Positions 1-7,156 of a stretch of DNA of 64,000 bases are shown here, in pieces (positions within the stretch are counted from its first letter, which is position 1; every line of letters starts with the position of its first letter). Both the position numbers and the translations under genes were made by a program. Below the pieces are notes generated by a model. That model worked only from the letters and a program-made list of their open reading frames with translations, did no database searches and was not told the DNA's origin. Origin of the DNA: an uncultured bacterium (GTDB lineage Bacteria; Eisenbacteria; RBG-16-71-46); assembly GCA_964542745.1 (NCBI GenBank), contig CAZIVR010000007.1, forward strand, positions 379 through 64,378, read 5' to 3'.

Positions 1-20
1 AGGAGGCCGGGCGCCCGGGC

Positions 21-1418
21 GTGCTGTTCCCGCAGGCGCTGCCGCTCGACGTGTTCCTGCACGTCACGCTGCCCACGATGCTGCTCGAGACCGGGTGGTT
101 CAACGCCAACGGCGCGGCGCGCCTGATCGGCGCGGTCGAGGCGGCGCTGCTCGCGGTGCTGGCCGTGATGCTGGTTCGCGTGCTGGCGCTGCGCGGGGCC
201 GCGGCGGTGGCGGTGGCGGCGCTCGCGTGGTGGAGCGGCGCGCTCACCATGTTCACCGGCTACAGCAAGGCCTTCGCCGAGATGGGACTGCTCTCGGCGG
301 CCGCCGGGGTGTTCGCGCTGCGCTCGCTGCGGAGCGGCGCGCCCCCGCTCGGGCTCGGCATCGTGCTCGCGATCGGCGTCACGCTCCACCGCTCCGCGCT
401 CGGGCTGGTCCCGGTGTGGATCGCGACGTGGGCGCTGTGGGCGCGGGCGCACGGCCGCGCGGGCGGCTGGCGCAGGCCCGCCGCGTGGATCGCGTTCGCG
501 ATCCCGGCGGCGGCGCTCGGGCTCCTGCTCCCCAAGATCGTCGCCACCTTCCTGCGCTGGGACGCGGTCCACGTGGCGCCCGCCGGGGTGAAGGAGCAGG
601 GCGGCCCGCTGCGCGCGGCGTTCGCGGGGCGGCGCCCGCTCGACCTCGCCAACCTGCTGATGGTGCTGGCGCCCGCGCTTCCCGCGGCGCTCGCGGCGGC
701 CGCCGCCTTCGGCCGCGACCTGCCGCGCAAGCGCGAGGCGCTGCTGCTGGCCGCGCTCGCCGCCCCGCTCACGCTGGTCATCCCGTTCATCCACCCGGCG
801 CAGGGCTTCTACCGCGACTGGGACGACTTCGCCTCGGCGGCCGCCGCGCTGGGCGTCGCCTCCGCGTGGGTGGCCGGCGAGGCGCTGCGCGCGGCACCCC
901 GGCTGCGGTGGCTCGCGCTCGCGGCCGCGCTGGCGGCGGCCGCGCCCAGCCTCCAGTGGCTCGCGGTGCAGAGCGACCTCGAGCGCGGCCTGCGGCGCGT
1001 GGAGGCGATGGCGCTCGGACCGCCGCGGCGCACCGGGTCGGAGTGGGGGAGCACGTGGGACTACCTCGGGATCCGCAACTACCGCCTGTTCCGCTGGGAC
1101 GCCTCGGCGCGCGCCTTCGGGCACGCGGCGGAAACCTCGCCGAGCCCGCGCATCCTCCTCCAGTGGGGGCTCGCGGAAACCAAGCGCGGGGACTGGCGGG
1201 CCTCGATGCGGGTGAACCGCCTGCTGGTGACCCGCAACCCGGACGACTACTTCGGCTGGGCGGGGATCGGCGCCGCGGCGTCGCAACTGAAGGACGTGGA
1301 GGCCGCGCGCGAGGCGGCGCGCCAGATGGAGCGGATCCGGCCCGGGGACCGCCAGGCGGCGATCCTCAACGAGTCCATCGACGACTACCTGCGGCGCACC
1401 CCCGAAGGGGCGAGGTAG
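21..1418 (+). CDS. Polytopic membrane protein with a C-terminal TPR-like soluble domain (GT39/PMT-like architecture). It may be 5'-partial, because the frame stays open back to the window edge.
   Basis: The N-terminal two thirds are hydrophobic with several predicted TM helices. The C-terminal ~150 aa are a hydrophilic, TPR-like helical repeat. AGGAGG at positions 1-6 lies before the GTG at 21. The composition is not Arg/Gly-biased, unlike the junk frames. Confidence 0.5.
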   Translation: MLFPQALPLDVFLHVTLPTMLLETGWFNANGAARLIGAVEAALLAVLAVMLVRVLALRGAAAVAVAALAWWSGALTMFTGYSKAFAEMGLLSAAAGVFALRSLRSGAPPLGLGIVLAIGVTLHRSALGLVPVWIATWALWARAHGRAGGWRRPAAWIAFAIPAAALGLLLPKIVATFLRWDAVHVAPAGVKEQGGPLRAAFAGRRPLDLANLLMVLAPALPAALAAAAAFGRDLPRKREALLLAALAAPLTLVIPFIHPAQGFYRDWDDFASAAAALGVASAWVAGEALRAAPRLRWLALAAALAAAAPSLQWLAVQSDLERGLRRVEAMALGPPRRTGSEWGSTWDYLGIRNYRLFRWDASARAFGHAAETSPSPRILLQWGLAETKRGDWRASMRVNRLLVTRNPDDYFGWAGIGAAASQLKDVEAAREAARQMERIRPGDRQAAILNESIDDYLRRTPEGAR

Positions 1419-1425
1419 CCGCGGC

Positions 1426-2157
1426 TCAGAACCACCAGTTGAGCGCGACCGAGCCCGAGCCTTCCTGGCTGCGGATGCCGTCGGCGAAGGTCATCGAGCG
1501 CACCGCGATCTCGGGGGCGATCGAGACGCGGCGGTACAGCGGCCATTCGTAGCCCGCCGCGAGGTCGAGCCCGAACCCGTGGTCCTGGTACTGGACGAAG
1601 AACGGGTCGGTGAAGACGAGGTGCGGCGCGAGCGTGGTCCGCCCCACCCCCGAGGCCGGGAAGAAGGGCGGCAGCTTCTCGATCACCGTGGTGATGCCCG
1701 CGCCGCCCCGCACGAAGAAGTGCCCGGCGCCCGGGTAGTAGGTGGCGGTGAGCGCGGACATCGTGAAGCTCCACTTGTAGGTGTCGAAGTCCTTGGACCA
1801 CTGGCTGCGCTCGAAGCCGAAGGCCCAGCGCGGATTCATCGCGTACCCCACGCGGAACTGGATGGCCGCGCCGGTCTCGATGTCGGTGCCGCTCCAGTCC
1901 GGCTTGCCCACCACCAGCGGCGGGAACTCGGAGCCCGCGTCCGAGCGCAGCTCGGCCACGACGTCGCGGTCGGAACCGACGAAGCGGGTGCCGGCGTAGC
2001 CGTAATGGAAGCCGATCATCCACGCGCGGCGCTCGGGAACCGAGCTTCCGGGGGTGGTGGGGGGCTTCGCCGCCGCGGCCCCATCCTGCGCGCGCGCGGG
2101 CAGCGTCAGCGTGGCGAGGGCGAGGGCCGCGAGGCCGATCGAGCGCCAGAACCGCAT
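1426..2157 (-). CDS. Outer-membrane beta-barrel protein (OmpW/OmpA-like), exported
   Basis: Signal peptide MRFWRSIGLAALALATLTLPARA. Alternating amphipathic beta-strand pattern, rich in aromatic and Gly residues. The C-terminal residue is Phe (NWWF), the typical signature recognised by the BAM outer-membrane insertion machinery. Confidence 0.7.
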   Translation of the reverse strand: MRFWRSIGLAALALATLTLPARAQDGAAAAKPPTTPGSSVPERRAWMIGFHYGYAGTRFVGSDRDVVAELRSDAGSEFPPLVVGKPDWSGTDIETGAAIQFRVGYAMNPRWAFGFERSQWSKDFDTYKWSFTMSALTATYYPGAGHFFVRGGAGITTVIEKLPPFFPASGVGRTTLAPHLVFTDPFFVQYQDHGFGLDLAAGYEWPLYRRVSIAPEIAVRSMTFADGIRSQEGSGSVALNWWF

Positions 2158-2336
2158 GAGCGACTCCTTCAGGAACTCCGGTCGGGTGATCGTTTCGGTC
2201 GTGGGCCGGCCGCGCCCGCACGGTCGCGGGGAAGAGGCGCGTCAGCCGGGCGGGTAACTTAGCCGGTTTGGGCGGGGGCGCGCCAGTGGGGGGAGCGGCG
2301 GGGCGCCCCGCGCCCTCCGCGGAGGCGAGCCGCGAG

Positions 2337-2385
2337 GTTCGGCACGGTTCAGGCCCCGTTCAGCACGGTTCAGGCCTCGTTCGGC
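2337..2385. promoter_or_regulatory. 21-bp tandem repeat (about 2.3 copies) with GTTC cores at 10-11 bp phasing. It sits in the divergent intergenic region between the outer-membrane protein gene and the TonB-dependent receptor gene. Candidate binding array for a transcription factor.
   Basis: The sequence reads GTTCGGCACG GTTCAGGCCCC GTTCAGCACG GTTCAGGCCTC GTTCGGC. The GTTC cores start at 2337, 2347, 2358, 2368 and 2379. Confidence 0.4.
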
Positions 2386-2480
2386 TTCGCGGCGGGCTCC
2401 GGAAACCCGGTCCCCGATGATGGGTAGTGCAGGCGTGCCGTTCGACCGCGACCGCCGACTCCATCCAGGGGGAGCGTGAC

Positions 2481-4877
2481 ATGCACTCGAATTCCAGGCG
2501 TCTCGAATTCGCGCTGGCGCTGGCCGCCCTCCTTGCCGGCGCGGGTGCCCCGTCGCATGCGGACGGGATCACGGTTCGAGGCCGGGTCAGCGACTCCGAC
2601 ACGCGCGAGCCCGTGGAGATGGCCGAGATCGTCGTGCTGGAGTCCGGACGCCGCACCTACTCCGACGACCAGGGGCGGTTCGTGCTGGAGGGCGTCGAGC
2701 CCGGCCGCCACCTGCTGGCGGTCCACCGGCTCGGCTACGCGCCGCTCCGCCATGAGTGGGTGGTCGGCGAGGCGGCCCCGCCCGGGCTCGAACTGCGCCT
2801 GGTGAGGACCGCGATTCCGCTCGAGACCATGACCATCTCGCCCGGCAGCTTCTCGATCATGGGCCGGGCCGGCGGAACCCGGCAGACCCTGTCGCGCGAG
2901 GAGATCGAGGCGCTTCCGCAGGTCGGCAGCGACATCTTCCGGGCCGTCAACCGCCTCCCCGGGCTGTCGTCGAACGACTACGCCGCGCACTTCGGCATCC
3001 GTGGAGGACGCCACGACGAGACGCTCATCCTGCTCGACGGGCTCGAGCTGCACGAGCCCTATCACCTGAAGGACTTCAACGAGGGCGCGTCCAGCATCGT
3101 CGACTCGAAGACGATCGACGGTGTCGAGCTCATGACCGGCGGGTTCCCGGCCCGCTTCGGCAACCGGCGGAGCGGGGTCTTCGACATCACGTCGCGCACC
3201 CCGGACCCGGAGCGCGCCGAGGTCGAGCTGGGCGCAAGCTTCCTCAATTCCCACGCGCTCGCGATGGGCCCGTTCGGCGACGGCAGGGGTTCGTGGCTCG
3301 CGTTCGGCCGCACCGGCTACATGGGGCTGCTGTTCCAGTTCATCGACCAGGCCGACCTCCCCAGGCCGCGCTTCGAGGACGGCTTCGCCAAGGCGAGCTA
3401 CCGGCTCAGCCCGACCCAGCAGCTGGCGCTGGAGTTCCTGCACGCGGGAGACCGCTACACGTACGACATCGCGGCCACCACCGGATTCCTGGACTCCATC
3501 AACACCCGCGAGGCGGCGCGAACGCGCTACGGCAACCGCGTCGCGTGGACCACGCTGCGATCGGCCCTCGGCCGGCGCACCAGCGTGAGGACCATGCTCT
3601 CGGCCGGGCTCGTGACTCGCTCGCGCGACGGATCGGAACGGAACGTCCTCACGCCCGCGCCCTTCTATGCCATCGAAAACGAGCGACGCGTTTCGATCCT
3701 CGGAGCGGCGCAGGACTGGACGCTGGGCCTTTCCGACCGCGACGTCGTGAGCTTCGGCGTCGAGGTTCGCGGCCTGCGCAATCGCGATGCCTATCGAAGC
3801 GTGGTCTACCGTGACCCGGACGATCCGACCCCCGATCCGCTGGGGACCTACCCGATCCGCACGAATTCGGCGTTCGAGCGCTCGGGATCGCGGTTCTCGC
3901 TCTACCTGTCCAACCGCTGGCGGGTGGCGGGCCGGCTCGCGCTCGAAGCCGGCGGGCGTTTCGACCGCGCGACCTGGACGGGGGATCGCGACCTCAGCCC
4001 GCGCACGAGCGCCGCGCTCGACCTCGGGCGGGGCATGACGATGCGCATCGGCTGGGGCCTCTACCGCCAGATCCAGAACCTCGACGACGTGGCGGCGCTC
4101 AACAACGCCACGCGGTTCTACCCGTCGGAGCGCTCCGAGCAATGGACCGCGGGCTGGGACCGGGCCCTGGGCAAGGGGTCGCGGCTCCGGGTCGAGGGCT
4201 ACCTCAAACGCGGCTCGCGCCTTCGGCCCGTGTTCCGGAACTGGAAGGGCGTGATCGACGCGTTTCCCGAGTCCAACGAGGATCGCGTGCTGGTTTTCCC
4301 GCGCCGCAGCACCGGGAAGGGCCTCGAGGCGTACTTCGACCGGCCGCTCGCCCGCAGCCTGACCGCGCGTGTCAGCACCTCCTGGTCCTTCACCGAGGAG
4401 GAGGCCCGTATCGTGAACGCGAACAGCACCGAACCGCTCACCTACGACCCGACCCACCCCGGCCCGCAGGACCAGCGCCACGCGGCCAACCTGGACTTCA
4501 CCTGGCGGCTGAGCCGCGCGACGCTCAACGGATCGTTCGCCTACCACAGCGGGTGGCCGTCCACGCTCGAGCAGCTGACCCCGGTGGTGAACGACAACGG
4601 CGACCCGGACTTCGCGGTGCGGCCCGCGAAAATCTACGGCGCTCGCCTGCCCGACTACCTGAGGTTGGACCTGCGCGCCACGCGCCGTTGGGCGACCCGC
4701 TGGGGCGAGTTCGACGGCTCCCTCGAGATCATCAACCTGACCCAGCACGCGAACGTCTTCGGGTACGACTACTTCCGCCAGCGCGACGCCGCCGGCCGCA
4801 TCGTGCTCGGCCGCGGGGACGAGACGTGGTTCTCGCTGCTGCCCTCGCTGGGGCTGAACTGGAGCCGGAAGTTCTAG
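2481..4877 (+). CDS. TonB-dependent outer-membrane receptor with an N-terminal carboxypeptidase-regulatory-like domain
   Basis: GGGGGAG ribosome-binding site before the ATG at 2481. Signal peptide present. A CarbopepD_reg-like segment (GRVSDSDTREPVEMAEIVV...GRFVLEGVEPGRH) is followed by the plug motif (ETLILLDGLELHEPYHLKDF). The protein is a long beta-barrel that ends in a C-terminal Phe (NWSRKF). Confidence 0.85.
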   Translation: MHSNSRRLEFALALAALLAGAGAPSHADGITVRGRVSDSDTREPVEMAEIVVLESGRRTYSDDQGRFVLEGVEPGRHLLAVHRLGYAPLRHEWVVGEAAPPGLELRLVRTAIPLETMTISPGSFSIMGRAGGTRQTLSREEIEALPQVGSDIFRAVNRLPGLSSNDYAAHFGIRGGRHDETLILLDGLELHEPYHLKDFNEGASSIVDSKTIDGVELMTGGFPARFGNRRSGVFDITSRTPDPERAEVELGASFLNSHALAMGPFGDGRGSWLAFGRTGYMGLLFQFIDQADLPRPRFEDGFAKASYRLSPTQQLALEFLHAGDRYTYDIAATTGFLDSINTREAARTRYGNRVAWTTLRSALGRRTSVRTMLSAGLVTRSRDGSERNVLTPAPFYAIENERRVSILGAAQDWTLGLSDRDVVSFGVEVRGLRNRDAYRSVVYRDPDDPTPDPLGTYPIRTNSAFERSGSRFSLYLSNRWRVAGRLALEAGGRFDRATWTGDRDLSPRTSAALDLGRGMTMRIGWGLYRQIQNLDDVAALNNATRFYPSERSEQWTAGWDRALGKGSRLRVEGYLKRGSRLRPVFRNWKGVIDAFPESNEDRVLVFPRRSTGKGLEAYFDRPLARSLTARVSTSWSFTEEEARIVNANSTEPLTYDPTHPGPQDQRHAANLDFTWRLSRATLNGSFAYHSGWPSTLEQLTPVVNDNGDPDFAVRPAKIYGARLPDYLRLDLRATRRWATRWGEFDGSLEIINLTQHANVFGYDYFRQRDAAGRIVLGRGDETWFSLLPSLGLNWSRKF

Positions 4878-4941
4878 GCTCCGGTCGGGCCTCTCCCGCG
4901 CATCCTCGCGGGATTCACGGGCGGGGCACGCCCGGCCCCGC

Positions 4942-5703
4942 CTACCGCGGCGCCGGGGCCGCGGCGATGCGGCGAGCCAGGCGCTCCGCCCACTCGCTCG
5001 CCGGATCCCGCGCGAGGTACCCGGCCGCGACGCGCCGGGCCTCGTCCGTCCGCCCCACCTCGGCCAGCAGCACCGCCCGGCCGTAGTCGGCCGCGAGCCG
5101 CTCGGGCGCCGAGGGGCGCACCGCGGCCAGCTGGGCGATGGCGCGCAGTTGCAGGCGGCGCTCCTTGAAGGGGTCGGGCTCGAGCGACGCGAGCCGCGCC
5201 AGGGTCACCCCGAGGCCGAGGCGCGCCTCGTCGTGGTGCGGGGCCAGGTCCACCGCCGCGAGGTAGCGGCGCACGGCGTGGTTCGGTCGCTGGCGCACCA
5301 GGTCGAGGTGCCCGATCGCCGAGTGGAGCCGCGGGTCCTCCGGGCGGCGCGCCACGGCTTCGATCAGGAGCGACTCCGCGCGCTCGGCGCGCCGCATGTG
5401 GTCGGCGCGCACCCGGCCCGCGGGAAGCGTCGCGACGCCGAGCGAGGTCTCGAGCCGGAGGTCGAGCAGGCCCGCCTCGAGGCCGGGCGAGGCGATCGCC
5501 CACGCGGCGCGCGCGTCGGGGTCGTCGGGAACGCCGCCGAGGATGCGGGGCGGGATCAGCAGCGAGGCGAGCGCCACCGCCGCGAGGCCGAGCATGAGCC
5601 CGAGAAAGCCGACCATCGCGAGCCAGCGCCAGCGGAAGCGGCGCTCGAACTCGGCGCCGGGCTCGATGGGCGGCAGGGGCGGGGGGACGCGGGCGGTCGC
5701 CAT
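4942..5703 (-). CDS. Membrane-anchored TPR-repeat protein
   Basis: A single N-terminal TM helix (WLAMVGFLGLMLGLAAVALASLLI) is followed by helical TPR-like repeats (AIAQLAAV..., YLAAVDLAPHHDEARLGLGVTLARL). Confidence 0.55.
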   Translation of the reverse strand: MATARVPPPLPPIEPGAEFERRFRWRWLAMVGFLGLMLGLAAVALASLLIPPRILGGVPDDPDARAAWAIASPGLEAGLLDLRLETSLGVATLPAGRVRADHMRRAERAESLLIEAVARRPEDPRLHSAIGHLDLVRQRPNHAVRRYLAAVDLAPHHDEARLGLGVTLARLASLEPDPFKERRLQLRAIAQLAAVRPSAPERLAADYGRAVLLAEVGRTDEARRVAAGYLARDPASEWAERLARRIAAAPAPR

Positions 5704-5887
5704 GGCGTGAGGGGCAGGGTAGCCAAGGCGCGGGGCCGCGCGCCACGCAGGGCTTCAGGACCGGGCCCGAAGGGCCGAAAACGTTGGTGCAACCCCTTCC
5801 CGCCTGCTACGTTCCGGCGTGCCCGCGCCCCGCGCGGCGCCGCCTCCGGCTGCTCGCGATCCTTCATGAGGAGTGGTTCGCGCCCCT

Positions 5888-7156
5888 ATGGCCGTCGCCC
5901 GGTTCCTGCAGGTCTCCGATCTCCACCTCGGCCGCACGTTCGGCTGGCTGCCCCCGGAGAAGCGCGCCGAGCGCCGCGCCGACCAGCGCCGCGCCCTCGA
6001 GCGCGTGGTGCGCGAGGCGATCGAGCGCGGGGTCCACGCCATCCTGATTCCCGGCGACCTGTTCGACGCCGACGGCGTGGACGCGGAAACCATGGCCTTC
6101 ACGCTCAAGGTCTTCGACGTGGCGGGCTGCCCGCCGGTGTTCATCGCCCCCGGCAACCACGACCCGTGGTCCGAGCACTCGCACCTGTGGAGCCCGCGGC
6201 TCCTGAAGGCGCGCGGCTGGGCGTGGCCCGAGCGCGTCCACATCTTCACGACCGCCGGGTGGAGCCCGGTCAGCGTCCCCAACCTCGGGAACGTCCGGAT
6301 CTGGGGGCGCTGCTTCACCTCGAGCGCGGTCATGACCGCGCGTCCGCTGGCCGAGGGCTCGATCATCCTGCCCTCCTCGGCCGACGCGCAGGGCCTCGAC
6401 ATCGCGATCTTCCACGGCTCGAACGAGGGCGGCTGCCCGCCGGGGCAGGCGGTCACCGGCCCGTTCAGCGAGAAGGAGGTCGGCTACTCGCCCTTCGGCT
6501 ACCACGCGGTCGGGCACTACCACGTGCCGAGCCGCATCGAGGTGAAGGGCGCGGGCGTCACGTCCACCAGCGGGCGCGGCGTGAGCGGCGTGGCGTCGGG
6601 CGGCGTGCGGCTCGCCTACGCCGGCTCGGGCGTGGCCCTCGACCTCACCGAGGCCGGCCAGCACGGCGCCCTCGAGGTGCGCGTCGAGTACGGGGGCCGC
6701 CAGCCGTTCGTCGAGGTCGAGTCGGTGACGCTCGACCGCCGCCGCGTGTTCGACCTCGAGGCCGACGTGGCCGGGTGCGCGAGCCCGGAGCAGGTGGACC
6801 GCCGGGTGCTGAAGGCCGTGGACGAGGCCGGCGCGAGCGAGCTGGACATGGCGCAGGTGCGCCTCACCGGGCGGCTCGCCCACGGCGTGCGGTACGCGGG
6901 GCCCGGCCTCGAGCTGGCCCGCCGCCTGTTCTTCCTGCGCGTGGACCTGCGCGCGGTGCGCCCCGACTACGACCTCGAGCGCTACCGCCGCGACGAGCCC
7001 GCGACCACCGAGCAGCGTTTCGCCCGCGCCCTGCTGGACCGCATCGCCGCCGAGCAGGATCCGGAGGAGCGCGCGCTGCTCGAGAGCGCGCTCTACTACG
7101 GCCTCGACGCCTTCAAGCTGCGCGAGGTGGTGCCCGCGTACGAGGAGATGGCGTGA
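5888..7156 (+). CDS. Mre11/SbcD-family metallophosphoesterase (DNA double-strand-break repair nuclease; SbcD/YhaO-like)
   Basis: Calcineurin-like phosphoesterase motifs DLHLG, GDLFD and GNHD. GAGGAG lies before the ATG at 5888 (an in-frame GTG at 5873 is also possible). The stop codon overlaps the start of the downstream ATPase gene (GTGA). Confidence 0.8.
   Translation: MAVARFLQVSDLHLGRTFGWLPPEKRAERRADQRRALERVVREAIERGVHAILIPGDLFDADGVDAETMAFTLKVFDVAGCPPVFIAPGNHDPWSEHSHLWSPRLLKARGWAWPERVHIFTTAGWSPVSVPNLGNVRIWGRCFTSSAVMTARPLAEGSIILPSSADAQGLDIAIFHGSNEGGCPPGQAVTGPFSEKEVGYSPFGYHAVGHYHVPSRIEVKGAGVTSTSGRGVSGVASGGVRLAYAGSGVALDLTEAGQHGALEVRVEYGGRQPFVEVESVTLDRRRVFDLEADVAGCASPEQVDRRVLKAVDEAGASELDMAQVRLTGRLAHGVRYAGPGLELARRLFFLRVDLRAVRPDYDLERYRRDEPATTEQRFARALLDRIAAEQDPEERALLESALYYGLDAFKLREVVPAYEEMA

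Noticed and set aside
95-1552. 485-aa plus-strand ORF overlapping the first membrane protein gene in another frame
   Set aside because: The sequence consists of poly-Arg/Gly runs with no hydrophobic core or motifs. The overlapping 21..1418 frame has a coherent TM plus TPR architecture.
5149-7152. 5' two thirds of the 1630-aa plus-strand ORF 5149..10041
   Set aside because: This part is Arg/Gly/Glu-rich low-complexity sequence. It overlaps the minus-strand TPR gene and the plus-strand SbcD-like gene, which is in another frame. Only 7153..10041 (the SbcC-like gene) is credible.
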